Of a stretch of 64,000 nucleotides of DNA, positions 8,523-18,107 are shown piece by piece. Made by a program: the position numbers and the translations under genes. A model generated the notes under the pieces. It was not told the DNA's origin. It did not search any database and saw only the letters and a list, made by a program, of their open reading frames with translations. The stretch lies in the IMG/VR virus record IMGVR_UViG_3300042922_000265, positions 1 through 64,000 of that record. The stretch is one strand, 5' to 3'. This DNA is from a virus. Numbering within the stretch: the first letter of the stretch is position 1; each line of letters begins with the position of its first letter.

Positions 8523-9407
8523 CTACAGGGTGTGGTTGCCGGTCTTCGCCTTGCCGTGCCAGTCCTCTACCTGTTCGGCGTACCGAGACGCCTGCGGCGG
8601 CACCGGGACGACGTTGCCGTCATCGCCGGTGGACTGGCCGAACTCACCGAACTTGCTCGTCATCCGGGTGTAGGGGTAGTCGGAGGTCACCGGCTTGACA
8701 CCCAGGGCCTCGTCCGACTCGCGACGCAGCTTGTCGGCGTGCTCGTTCATCTGCTCCTCCGACCACCCCGACATGATGTCGTCGGGGTCATTGAAGGTGG
8801 TGTACGCCTCCGGGGAGTTGTCACCCTTGCCCTCCCAGACGTCCTTGAGGCGCTTGTGCTGGGGCTCGATGTCGGTATCGAACATCTGCACCGCGTCCTC
8901 GGAGGGGCGCAGGTGCTCGTGGGGAGTCTCCTGCACGGTGGTGCCCACGATCTGCGGGAACCGGCGTTGGAACTCCTCGAACGTCATGAACTCCGGCAGG
9001 TCAGCGGGGTTGACTTTCGGCACCTCCAGCTTGGCGGAGATCGATTCATCGGAGTACTGAAACGTCTGCGCGGCGGGCTCCGACGTCTCCCGCAGCTCCT
9101 GGTAGGAATCCTCCGGGATAGTCACCGGCTCGGGCTCGGTGGTCTCCACCGGCTTGTACGGGCCGTACCAGCCCGCCGGGAAGGTGACGACCGGCCACCA
9201 CACGTCATCCCTGACCTTGTAGAAGGCCGTAGTGCCGTCAGCGCCATTGAGCGCGACATTGGCGTCCAGGGTCTGAGTCCCCCAGGAGGTCTCGTCATCG
9301 ACAATCTTGCGGACCCAGATCTCATACCCCCAACCGTCAGGCAGGAGTGCGATACGGCGTCCTGCGGGGTCCGGGGTTGACTGCTGGTGCTGCGGCGCTT
9401 CCGCCAT
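8523..9407 (-). CDS. Acidic low-complexity hypothetical protein
   Basis: Long ORF with GC3-rich codons. Confidence 0.6.
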   Translation of the reverse strand: MAEAPQHQQSTPDPAGRRIALLPDGWGYEIWVRKIVDDETSWGTQTLDANVALNGADGTTAFYKVRDDVWWPVVTFPAGWYGPYKPVETTEPEPVTIPEDSYQELRETSEPAAQTFQYSDESISAKLEVPKVNPADLPEFMTFEEFQRRFPQIVGTTVQETPHEHLRPSEDAVQMFDTDIEPQHKRLKDVWEGKGDNSPEAYTTFNDPDDIMSGWSEEQMNEHADKLRRESDEALGVKPVTSDYPYTRMTSKFGEFGQSTGDDGNVVPVPPQASRYAEQVEDWHGKAKTGNHTL

Positions 9408-9726
9408 GGGTTTTCTCCGATCCACTTGGATTGCGGTACCCCTCACGATATGCGATGAATACCGGGTCCGCCTCGACCCTCTGGCGTCGGCGGCGTGTGA
9501 CAACTTGGGTGCTGAGGTAGGCATGCAGGACGACGAACATCAGTCCGCCGTAGAGAGCCAGATCAACGTATTCGGTGGTGAACCCACCGATGATGATGGT
9601 GGCGAGGATAATCACTCCACCAAGGTCCAGCCAACTAACGGCCTGCGACAGCTTCCTGTCCACCAGGAAGTCCACTACTGAGGTCATGTCGCTCTGCTTC
9701 CTCTCGGGCGATGCGGTTTGCGTCAA
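9337..9726 (-). CDS. Small membrane protein
   Basis: Two hydrophobic segments. Confidence 0.5.
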   Translation of the reverse strand: MTQTASPERKQSDMTSVVDFLVDRKLSQAVSWLDLGGVIILATIIIGGFTTEYVDLALYGGLMFVVLHAYLSTQVVTRRRRQRVEADPVFIAYREGYRNPSGSEKTHGGSAAAPAVNPGPRRTPYRTPA

Positions 9727-9876
9727 GTCGCGCTCGGATCTGCTGGATCTCCTCGGCGCTGAACGGCGGGTGCTCGCTGAACATCATCGTCCTCCTACCT
9801 CTTCAGGTGTGTCGATACCCAAAACACCGGGTGATCCCCTGACTTCAAGATCACCCGGTGTCTGGCATGGCGCTGG

Positions 9877-10848
9877 TTACGCAGGTGCCTGGACCTCGAC
9901 GGCGGCACCAGGGAACAGCTTGCAGGTGCCGGGGGTGACCTGGTTCAGATCGCGGCAGGCGCGGAACTGCGGGGCCAGCGGTCCGTACAGTTCGTTGGTC
10001 AGCGCGATGTCGGCGGCCTTGGTGGCCTCGGCCAGGCGCGTCTTCTCCGCCTGAGACGCCGCTGCAGCTGCGGCACGTTGGGTGCCGTCATCCACGGCGG
10101 TCACCAGGTCGACCACGATGCGCACCGGCTCGCAGTTGAACTGATCGCCGACGCCCGTGGAACCCGATCCGCAGATCAAATCGTTGACCGACCCGGTCAC
10201 CTGCTGGAAGGTCTCAGCGAACCGGTCGCTCATCTCATCACTGACCTGCTGGCGCAGCTCGGGACTGTTGACCTGCCAGATGGGGTCGCCGGTTTGGCTG
10301 ACCGGTCCCTCCACGATGCGCTGCAGGGTCGGGTACATGTTCTCCGCCAGCATGCGGTTCCAGCCCGGTGTGGAGGCGGCCTGAGCGCCCTCTCCGGTGA
10401 ACGCACGCGGGTCAGCAGCCGCCGCGCCATACTTGCCTTCGGCAAAGCCGATGAAGTCACGAATGGGCTCCGGCTGCTGGTTGGGCTGCCAGTACACCGA
10501 CACCCAGACATTGACCGGGGTGCCCTTCTCGGTCAGGGCGCGCAGCGGGCGGTCGGTGTCCTTGGACGGCGCGTTCTGCGGAGCGATGACGTAGTTGCGG
10601 GTCACGCAGGGGAAGACTTTGCCGAAGGACTCGTCCTTGCGGAACTCGACGGTCTGACCCTGGTAGAGGACCTGCTCCAGATCGGCGCTGTTCGGGTTGG
10701 AGTTGCTGTCCAACCCGCCCTTGCCCTGAATGAAGCCACAGAAACTCTGCGGTACGGCGAGTGCCGCATCCTCGTCACAGGCGGTGAGGCCGAACACCAG
10801 CAATCCCGCGATGGGGATGCCGATGGCGGCCTTGATGATCTTCTTCAT
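9877..10848 (-). CDS. Lipoprotein, possibly SPFH/band-7-like
   Basis: Signal peptide with lipobox LTAC; C-terminal Ala-rich coiled coil. Confidence 0.6.
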   Translation of the reverse strand: MKKIIKAAIGIPIAGLLVFGLTACDEDAALAVPQSFCGFIQGKGGLDSNSNPNSADLEQVLYQGQTVEFRKDESFGKVFPCVTRNYVIAPQNAPSKDTDRPLRALTEKGTPVNVWVSVYWQPNQQPEPIRDFIGFAEGKYGAAAADPRAFTGEGAQAASTPGWNRMLAENMYPTLQRIVEGPVSQTGDPIWQVNSPELRQQVSDEMSDRFAETFQQVTGSVNDLICGSGSTGVGDQFNCEPVRIVVDLVTAVDDGTQRAAAAAASQAEKTRLAEATKAADIALTNELYGPLAPQFRACRDLNQVTPGTCKLFPGAAVEVQAPA

Positions 10849-10886
10849 GGTGATGTGATTCTCCTTCTCGGGGGGGGGGGGGTGGG

Positions 10887-11654
10887 TTAATCGATGGTGC
10901 GTTGGATGTTGTACTTGTCGAGACTCCAGTCCGCCTGCTCCTCGGCGCGGGCCGCCACCTCCTTCCACTGGGCGCGGCGGCGCACCAGGCGACGGTGCAG
11001 TAGGAACCAGACGACTCCCAGGGCGATCACACCGGCACCAGAAGCGATGCCGATGTACCACTTGGGCGTGAACCGGAAGGACTCGCCGGGTTGGGCGCGC
11101 TGGTCATTGGTCGGCACGGTCGACGGTGGCGGAGGGACCCCTGGAGTGCCGTTGACCGAGCAGTTCGGGGACTCCTCACACGGCACCCCGTTGATGAACA
11201 CCCGCGTGTTGGACTCCCCCGGCGGCGGGGGTGGTGCCTGAGTGCGCCGTGGGTTATCGGCCTGCCACTTGTGGATCTCGTCGATCATCTTGATGATCTG
11301 GTCCACCGGTCGGCGGGTGACGTTGTCGATGCGGTCCAGACGCTCGTCCAGGAACACCTGAGGCACCCAGTCGTTGCCGATCACCGTGACGTTCTTGCCC
11401 TCGGCGTAGAGGAACACCACGCTGGTGTTCTCCACCGGGGCCGTCTCGCCCTTTCCGGTGATGGCCACCTGGATCTCATCCTTGGGGTCCAGACGATCGG
11501 CAATGCGGTTGCGGATCTGCCGAGAGTCGTCGACCGACTCGCTGACGTACACACGGTCCTCATCAGCGTGGGCTTTCGGCAACTGCATGCCGATGATGAA
11601 GGCGAGCACGCAGGCCAGAGCAAGTCCGATCGCGAAACGCCAGCGGCGAGTCAT
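10887..11654 (-). CDS. Membrane-anchored protein
   Basis: Signal peptide (AHA), Pro-rich linker, C-terminal transmembrane helix. Confidence 0.65.
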   Translation of the reverse strand: MTRRWRFAIGLALACVLAFIIGMQLPKAHADEDRVYVSESVDDSRQIRNRIADRLDPKDEIQVAITGKGETAPVENTSVVFLYAEGKNVTVIGNDWVPQVFLDERLDRIDNVTRRPVDQIIKMIDEIHKWQADNPRRTQAPPPPPGESNTRVFINGVPCEESPNCSVNGTPGVPPPPSTVPTNDQRAQPGESFRFTPKWYIGIASGAGVIALGVVWFLLHRRLVRRRAQWKEVAARAEEQADWSLDKYNIQRTID

Positions 11655-12025
11655 CGCCCTGGCGGCTTCTGCTGGAGCCACTCAAAGATCTTCTGACCGA
11701 CGTAGTCCTGGAACGCCTGATCGTTACCGATGAGCGGGTAACGGTCCAGGTGCCCACGCACGCTCTCGATGACCGCCTGCATGTTGGGATGCATCGGAGC
11801 AATCAGCTCGACCTCGTCGGCGGCGGCCTTCTGGATCTTGAACTTGAAGTCCTCCACGGCATCCAGCGCGGCCATCTCCACCATGCGCTTGAAGTCGTAG
11901 TTCTCCTCCAGATGCTTGGCGATCTGCATCTCGATCGCCGCCGCGATGATGTGCTCGGGCAGCGTGATCGTGAGCGTGCCGACCTCGACCTTGACCTTCT
12001 TGCGCTTGAGGACGCCCTTGCTCAC
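11651..12025 (-). CDS. Hypothetical protein
   Basis: Coupled ORF. Confidence 0.6.
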   Translation of the reverse strand: MSKGVLKRKKVKVEVGTLTITLPEHIIAAAIEMQIAKHLEENYDFKRMVEMAALDAVEDFKFKIQKAAADEVELIAPMHPNMQAVIESVRGHLDRYPLIGNDQAFQDYVGQKIFEWLQQKPPGR

Positions 12026-12360
12026 TTCGCGGCCTCGACCCTGATCACCCCGGTGTGGTTGGGATCGTTCTCCAGATCACCCAGGTCGTAGTCACCCTTC
12101 TCGAACTGCTCCTTGAGGTAGCGCAGGTAGTCGACCGGGTGCAGGAAGTTCTGGCCCTTGCGGTCGCTCAGCTCACGCAGGGTCTTCTTGTCGATGTCGA
12201 AGAACACCTCCACGACTAGGCGGCATTCGCCGCCGGTCAGGCGCGCCTTGCGGGCCGAAATGCTGTCGGGGTGCGCCGAGAAGTCGGTCTTGGCCAGAGA
12301 GGTGTCGATGTCACCACCAACGGTCTCCTCCGTGCGCGCGTCCATATCGAACTCAGGCAT
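12022..12360 (-). CDS. Hypothetical protein
   Basis: Coupled ORF with an RBS. Confidence 0.6.
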   Translation of the reverse strand: MPEFDMDARTEETVGGDIDTSLAKTDFSAHPDSISARKARLTGGECRLVVEVFFDIDKKTLRELSDRKGQNFLHPVDYLRYLKEQFEKGDYDLGDLENDPNHTGVIRVEAAK

Positions 12361-12429
12361 GTATAGCGATCCTTTCGTGGGCGGGTTTGGTAATCGCTAT
12401 AACTAGACTACAGGGTCTAGCACCTGGAA

Positions 12430-12969
12430 TCAACCGAGGTTGCGGCGGAGCTTCTCTTCCACGCGGACCTTGACGTCCTTGCCGACGGCACTGGCCCAGA
12501 TGCCGGTGCTCTTGAGGGTGAATCCCCAGAGCTTGACCAACAGCTTGGTGCCGACCTCGGGCTCCTTCTCCGCAAGGGCCTTGCGGGCGGCGGCCTTCTC
12601 CGCAGCGGCTGTGCGCAGGTCTCGTTCGGTCTCCACCTCGAACAGCGTCTCCAGCGAGGCATATCGACCAGCACCAGGCTTCTTGAGAGAGCCATCCTCA
12701 TTGGTGGAGACCTTGGTGTAGAAGTCAGTCACGTCGACCGAGACTGCGGTCTTCTCCGGCAGCTTGCCGGTCAGCCGCATCTCCTCCAGGTCCGCCGTGG
12801 TGAGGTCAGTGGTGCGCAACATGAGCGTGCCGCCCAGGGCTGCCGCGATGCGTTCGCACGCCTGGGACGGGGTAGGGGTGGAGGTGTGGAAGTTCCAGCG
12901 CTTGCCCGCACCGCCACGGGTGCCGAGGTCGTCATTCTGGTACCACTGCTCATTGATGATGCCGGTCAT
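12430..12969 (-). CDS. Hypothetical protein
   Basis: ORF with an RBS. Confidence 0.6.
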   Translation of the reverse strand: MTGIINEQWYQNDDLGTRGGAGKRWNFHTSTPTPSQACERIAAALGGTLMLRTTDLTTADLEEMRLTGKLPEKTAVSVDVTDFYTKVSTNEDGSLKKPGAGRYASLETLFEVETERDLRTAAAEKAAARKALAEKEPEVGTKLLVKLWGFTLKSTGIWASAVGKDVKVRVEEKLRRNLG

Positions 12970-13242
12970 GGGACTATCCCTTCATCGTGGGCCGCAGGTA
13001 CTTTCCTGCTGCCCTCTACCTATTCAGGGGCTACCACGACGTCAGACACAGTGTTGTAGCGCGCCTGCAGGGGATTCACGTAGTCGGTGATGAACTCGAT
13101 CTGCCGCAACGTCTCGTCGTCGCGATGACGTAACGCGTCCAGCTCCAGGTCTACGATCTCCCTGATGTCAGCCAACTCGTTGTCGCTGACCAACTCGGCG
13201 TCGCGGTTCGTGAAAGTGACCACGACGCCTCGGATAGTGATG

Positions 13243-13728
13243 CTAGCCACCGGCCTGGATGACGTAGTCGCCGATGGACACCCGCACATGCGCGGGAATG
13301 GGTCCCTTGGCCGCCGTGAAGGTCTGCATGTGCTGGAGATCGTCGAACCGGATGCTGCGCGGGCCGACGTAGGTCTCCGGGTTCTCCTGCGCGCGCATGT
13401 GCGGCGGGATCTCGTCGTCGTCCAGGTCCGGGACGACCGGCTTGTCATGGACGGGCGGCTGATGGCCTCCGGCCTTCTTGGCGGCGGCTTCCTCCTTGAC
13501 CCGGTGGAAGTCCCTGGGATGGCCTCCGGCCATCTCCATGGTGTTCAGGCAGCCCCGGTGGCAGCGGTAGAAGCCACCCTTCTTGGACTGATAGAAGCCC
13601 TCCCCGGCCCCCTCGGCGATCGAGTGACCGCACAGGAAACACTTGTCGCCCCACTGCAGCGGCGAGAGCCCCTGGGTGGTCTTGGCGGCGGCGGAGTAAC
13701 TACGCGCTGTCGGCTTCTCGTTGGGCAC
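13243..13728 (-). CDS. Hypothetical zinc-binding protein
   Basis: CFLC...CHRGC. Confidence 0.55.
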   Translation of the reverse strand: MPNEKPTARSYSAAAKTTQGLSPLQWGDKCFLCGHSIAEGAGEGFYQSKKGGFYRCHRGCLNTMEMAGGHPRDFHRVKEEAAAKKAGGHQPPVHDKPVVPDLDDDEIPPHMRAQENPETYVGPRSIRFDDLQHMQTFTAAKGPIPAHVRVSIGDYVIQAGG

Positions 13729-13874
13729 GACGCGCCTCCTTCCTGACTCGCTGCGCGCGGTCCGGGAACTTCTCCCGAACTCGCTTGGCGTCCACGCTCT
13801 GGAAGTGCGCGATCTCCTTGTCCAGGAAGCCGTTCACCTTCCCACCGAGACCGGCACTGGACGCATGGCGGGGA

Positions 13875-14363
13875 TCAGGCACTCTTGGACTCCTCGAAAT
13901 GGATGGGCTCGGCGATGGTGATCGCCAGCCGGGTGAACACGAAGAACAACCCGGCGAGACCCAATGACCATAGCCCAGTAGAACCCGATCGCGCCAGATG
14001 GTGGGTGATGCCAATGCCGATGAACCAGGTCGCTGCAGCCAGGCTGTATACCCACATGATCACGTTGTAGAGGTTGTCGGTGCGCGTCCAGGCCAAGCTG
14101 AAGAGGCCGACGAGGCCCAAGGTGGCAATGGCGATCAAGCTGATGCCGACGTTCTGGTATCCACCGAAGAAGTCCTTGGCAGCCTGCCAGTGTTCGGACG
14201 TCAGCTGCTGTGCACCGCCGCTGTAGAGATACTGGCCGAAGGTGGCCAAGATGATGATCTGCAATCCATCGGTGAACCGACCAAGGTTCTTGAGCCAGGT
14301 GAGCCGCCTGTTGCGGATCTCCACCTCATCGATCAGTTGCTCACGGGTGAGCAGCGATACCAT
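13875..14363 (-). CDS. Four-transmembrane membrane protein
   Basis: Hydrophobic helices; GGAGG RBS. Confidence 0.65.
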   Translation of the reverse strand: MVSLLTREQLIDEVEIRNRRLTWLKNLGRFTDGLQIIILATFGQYLYSGGAQQLTSEHWQAAKDFFGGYQNVGISLIAIATLGLVGLFSLAWTRTDNLYNVIMWVYSLAAATWFIGIGITHHLARSGSTGLWSLGLAGLFFVFTRLAITIAEPIHFEESKSA

Positions 14364-14507
14364 CTGGACCTCCGGTCAGCCTCGTCGCGCAGATCTCATT
14401 GGCCTTCTCTGCGGCGGCCAACGGACCTTTGCCCGCAGCATACTCGGCGTCAGCAGCACGCGTCATCCACCAGTAATCATCTTCCCAGGTACCGAGCTTA
14501 GGTCGCT

Positions 14508-14993
14508 TCACTTCGGAAGGATCAGCTTGCTCTTGGGGTCCTCACGGAACTGGCCGGTGTTCGGGTCGATGAAGCCCGCCTTGCCATCGGCCTTGCCGGT
14601 GACGATGTCGTGCTTCATGCGATCGTGGTCGGTCTCTTCCTCGACCTTGGTGCGCCCCGCCAGAGAGATCTGAGGGACGTACAGTGGCACGCCCTCGGCG
14701 AACGGGTTGTTGGGGGTGCCGTCCTCGTTACGGGCTTCCAGCCACTCCACGGTGACCTTCCACCCGATCTCACCGAAGATGTTGGTCGCTTGCTGATTGA
14801 AGTGCTCCGCAGCGTCAGCAGGATCGTCCACCCGCTTCTGCAGCCACATGCTCTGGAGACGCGCGAACGCCTCCTTGATGCGAGGCATCTCAGAGGGGTA
14901 GGGCTCCATGGCCTCCGGCGGCGGAAGCTGCTGGTTAACTGGTGCCGGAGCCCGTCCCGCTCGACTGATTCCGGGTGGCTGAGGTGTGCTCAC
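14508..14993 (-). CDS. Hypothetical protein
   Basis: ORF with an RBS. Confidence 0.6.
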   Translation of the reverse strand: MSTPQPPGISRAGRAPAPVNQQLPPPEAMEPYPSEMPRIKEAFARLQSMWLQKRVDDPADAAEHFNQQATNIFGEIGWKVTVEWLEARNEDGTPNNPFAEGVPLYVPQISLAGRTKVEEETDHDRMKHDIVTGKADGKAGFIDPNTGQFREDPKSKLILPK

Positions 14994-15219
14994 GGGTACC
15001 TTTCACGAAGTCTTCCAGAGTGGACTGAGCTGCAGTAACCATACCCTGTAGCTCGGTCAAAGAGGGCAGGCCCTTGCGCGCCTTGCTGAACCCCTGAGCG
15101 CTCAGGTAGTTAGCCAGATCGACGACGTTGGCCCGATCAGCCAAGTCGGAGGTGTCGCCTTGAGACACCCACTCCGAGATGACCCAGGCCAATTCGGCGT
15201 CCTGCGGGGTGGTCATCAC
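14935..15219 (-). CDS. Hypothetical protein
   Basis: Coupled ORF. Confidence 0.5.
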   Translation of the reverse strand: MMTTPQDAELAWVISEWVSQGDTSDLADRANVVDLANYLSAQGFSKARKGLPSLTELQGMVTAAQSTLEDFVKGTREHTSATRNQSSGTGSGTS

Positions 15220-15482
15220 TTCTTCTTCGGGGTGCTGGCGGGCTTCTTAGCCGTCGGAGCTGCCGTGGGCTTCTTGCTGCTCGGCTTGCTGGTCGACGTC
15301 TTCTTCTTGCGGTCGCAGTCCGAATCGCCTTCCAGCATGTCGTCGAAGTCGCAGTCCTCGACATGCTGGTTGCCCTGCTGCGGCCCGACGGGTCCGCGCG
15401 GGGAGGAGGCCCCACAGCCAGTGAGCACCAGCGCCATGCTGATGCTCACCGCACTGATGGTGAGGCCGACCCGCTTGATCAC
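15216..15482 (-). CDS. Small lipoprotein
   Basis: Lipobox LTGC; Lys-rich tail. Confidence 0.65.
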   Translation of the reverse strand: MIKRVGLTISAVSISMALVLTGCGASSPRGPVGPQQGNQHVEDCDFDDMLEGDSDCDRKKKTSTSKPSSKKPTAAPTAKKPASTPKKK

Positions 15483-15925
15483 TTCAGGCCCTTCTGGCCC
15501 AGGTAGTCGCCCACGAGGCCGTCCATGGACTTGCCGGTGTCGCCCTGGACGCGGGCCTGGGAGGCGGTGTTCTCCAGGGTTACGTCAGCCACGGCGGCCA
15601 GATTCCCGTACCCCGAGGTGGTCTGGTACGGGGAGCGCTGCGATTCCTGGCTGACACGAGCGTTGGTCTTGGCTCGCTCCAGCCCATCGTTGACGAACGG
15701 TGCGGGGCCACCATCCAGGGCCACGGCGGCGTTGGCCGTCATGACACAGTTACGCAGGGAGCGCAGGGCATCGGCCTTGTCTGCGCCGTCAGGCACGAGC
15801 TTGTTGAGCACCTTGAAGAACTCACGCGCGTGAGCGCGGATCGTCTCGTAGGTGGCCTCGGTCTGCTTGGTCGCAGGTGGGTGATAGCTGAACACGTGGT
15901 CCAGGTACTCGTCGGTGTACGGCAC
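15479..15925 (-). CDS. Hypothetical protein (Acb2/Tad1-like N-terminal motif)
   Basis: F.YHPP....YE.IR......A...L....MTANAAVA pattern. Confidence 0.5.
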   Translation of the reverse strand: MPYTDEYLDHVFSYHPPATKQTEATYETIRAHAREFFKVLNKLVPDGADKADALRSLRNCVMTANAAVALDGGPAPFVNDGLERAKTNARVSQESQRSPYQTTSGYGNLAAVADVTLENTASQARVQGDTGKSMDGLVGDYLGQKGLK

Positions 15926-15994
15926 TATGCCTCCTTGATCGTGGGTGGGTCTGTAAACATTCTACAGGGTATCAAGAGCGGTGCAAGCTCGTTG

Positions 15995-16067
15995 CTGGCC
16001 ACATAGGACTCGAACCTATACCTGACGCCTTAACAGGGCGTAGCACTGCCAATTGTGCTAGTGACCA
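15995..16067 (-). tRNA. tRNA-Asn(GUU)
   Basis: Cloverleaf; anticodon loop CUGUUAA. Confidence 0.9.
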
Positions 16068-16079
16068 ATGGTTATTGCG

Positions 16080-16151
16080 CTGCCCGTCCAGGACTCGAAC
16101 CTAGAATAGAGGATTCAGAATCCCCTGTGTTGCCGATTACACCAACAGGCA
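16080..16151 (-). tRNA. tRNA-Gln(CUG)
   Basis: Cloverleaf; anticodon loop UUCUGAA. Confidence 0.9.
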
Positions 16152-16179
16152 CTGTGAAGAAGCAGTAGACCCCGGAGGG

Positions 16180-16212
16180 CTACTGCTGTCGATTCATGGC
16201 GGTGGTGAACAT
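16180..16212 (-). CDS. Leaderless 10-aa peptide MFTTAMNRQQ (candidate attenuator leader)
   Basis: ATG 6 nt after a TACAGT -10; its end overlaps a terminator-like hairpin. Confidence 0.45.
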   Translation of the reverse strand: MFTTAMNRQQ

Positions 16213-16249
16213 GAGACGACTGTAGCACACTCCGGGGCCTCCCGGTCAA
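16213..16249 (-). promoter_or_regulatory. Promoter of the tRNA-Gln/Asn operon
   Basis: TTGACC-19 nt-TACAGT with extended TGn. Confidence 0.65.
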
Positions 16250-16252
16250 GCA

Positions 16253-16984
16253 TTACTTCTTGGAGTCGGCCAGCGCGCGACCCAGGCCCTTGCCGAACCC
16301 CTTGTTCTTGCTCTGGGGCTCCTGCGGTGGCAGCTCGTCGCCCATGGCCTCCAGACGGGCCTCCGGGGTGAAGGCAGCAGCTGCAGCCACAGCCACCGAG
16401 GCACCGCCGCGCAGCTGGCTGGTGTAGTTGCTCACCGAGGCGTACACCGACCGATTGGCGAGATGATCATGGCTGTTGAACTGCATCACCTGGTCCCGAT
16501 TGAGACCCAGGTTGCCACCGACCGCCTCAGCGTTGATGTTCGCGCCGATGAAGATGAACTTCCAGGAGTACTTCTCCTGGTGCTCGGTGATGAGTTCCTT
16601 GACCTTGGCCCAGGTCCACTCACGGCTGGAGTTCTCCCCGCCGTCGGTCATGATCAGGCAGATCACGGTGCCGGGGCGCTCGTCCTCGGGCAGCTTGGCC
16701 AGCTCCGCGCCGGTCTCGGTGATCAGCTTGCCGATACCGTCCAGCATGGCGGTCATGCCACGCGGGACCAGGCTGAGCTTGGGCACCTCGTCGATCGGCT
16801 TGTTGGTGTAGACGACCTCGTAGACGTCGTCGAACTGGGTCAGGGTGACGAGCGCGGACCCCGGCTCCTTCTTCTGGCCGTTGATCAGCTCGTCGAAGCC
16901 CTCTTGGGTGGCGCTGACCGAGGACTGCATGGAGCCCGATCGGTCAAGTACGGCGGCGATGAGGGTCTTGCTGCTGTCAGTCAC
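16253..16984 (-). CDS. vWA-domain protein
   Basis: MIDAS DRSGSM, TAMLDG and TDGGEN. Confidence 0.85.
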   Translation of the reverse strand: MTDSSKTLIAAVLDRSGSMQSSVSATQEGFDELINGQKKEPGSALVTLTQFDDVYEVVYTNKPIDEVPKLSLVPRGMTAMLDGIGKLITETGAELAKLPEDERPGTVICLIMTDGGENSSREWTWAKVKELITEHQEKYSWKFIFIGANINAEAVGGNLGLNRDQVMQFNSHDHLANRSVYASVSNYTSQLRGGASVAVAAAAAFTPEARLEAMGDELPPQEPQSKNKGFGKGLGRALADSKK

Positions 16985-18054
16985 AGGGTTACTCCTTCGG
17001 TGGTGGGAACCTCGATGCGCTCGCCGGAGCGGGTCTGGGTGATCATGACCTCGACACGCACTTCGTGGTTGGGGTCCATGGCCATGTCACCGGCCAGGGT
17101 CTGGAGGGCCATCATGGTCTTGTAGGGGACCTGGCCGTTGGCCGCCTGGGTGAAGATCTGCTGGATGTCGTAGAGCGACACCAGCTCCTCGGGCAGCAAG
17201 TCCACGCGATCCAGGATCGGACGCATGACGCGGTTGGAGAGGTTGTAGGCCGCGCCGAGCTGACGGGCGTAGCGAGACGGGTTGTTGCCGGGGACCCGCA
17301 GGTTGGCCATCTCGGCGTAGTCGGCGAGCTTGGTGTCGATGTTGGCACGGACGTTGCGCATGATCTGGTTCATCTCTTCCAGAACGTCATCGACCGTGTT
17401 GCCCCTGAGCTTGATCGCGCCAGAGGCCACCGGGGCGCTGCAGCCGTTGGTGCACCACACACGGTGCAGGTAGGGCACGACCACGGGCTCCTTCAGCTCC
17501 GTGGGACTGCCCAGGACGCGCACACCGCCACGGGTGATGTCGCCGACCTCATGCTGGCCGCGCTGGCGATCCTCGATACCCTGAACCGGCGGCACCTCCA
17601 CCTGCTTGTTGTGAGCCAGGATGTCGATATGGAAGCTGCGGTCGTCGCGCTCCAGCAGCACGATCTCGTCGTCGAGATCCATCGCCTTGGTGATAACGTC
17701 ACCGACCTCGCGCAGTGGCAGGATGGTCAGGTTGGGCTTGTGGAAGGTGACGATCTTGTCGTTGATCGTCTCGGCGACCACAGCCAGGTTGGGCTTCTGG
17801 TCCAACCAGTAGTTCAGGTTGTGAGCCTTCAGGTCCTCCGGGCACTTCGCCAGGTAGGACGGGGAAACCCCCAGGTACCGGGCCAGGCTTCGTTCGAGCT
17901 GCTCGTCGAACTGGAACTCACGGGCGGCGCTGTGGCTACCATCGTCGATGGTCAAGATGCTGCAGTCGTCATCGACCTTGAGGCCGCCGAAAGTGGCCTC
18001 GATGCTGTCCTCTTTCACTTCGGCGAGGTGACCGGGTAGATCTCGTACCAGCAA
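16981..18054 (-). CDS. DUF932-like protein
   Basis: R.WCTNG motif. Confidence 0.55.
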   Translation of the reverse strand: MLVRDLPGHLAEVKEDSIEATFGGLKVDDDCSILTIDDGSHSAAREFQFDEQLERSLARYLGVSPSYLAKCPEDLKAHNLNYWLDQKPNLAVVAETINDKIVTFHKPNLTILPLREVGDVITKAMDLDDEIVLLERDDRSFHIDILAHNKQVEVPPVQGIEDRQRGQHEVGDITRGGVRVLGSPTELKEPVVVPYLHRVWCTNGCSAPVASGAIKLRGNTVDDVLEEMNQIMRNVRANIDTKLADYAEMANLRVPGNNPSRYARQLGAAYNLSNRVMRPILDRVDLLPEELVSLYDIQQIFTQAANGQVPYKTMMALQTLAGDMAMDPNHEVRVEVMITQTRSGERIEVPTTEGVTL

Positions 18055-18107
18055 GAGTACTCCTAGAACTTATGGGTGGGGTTTTGCTATAGGGCAGAGC
18101 TTACACC

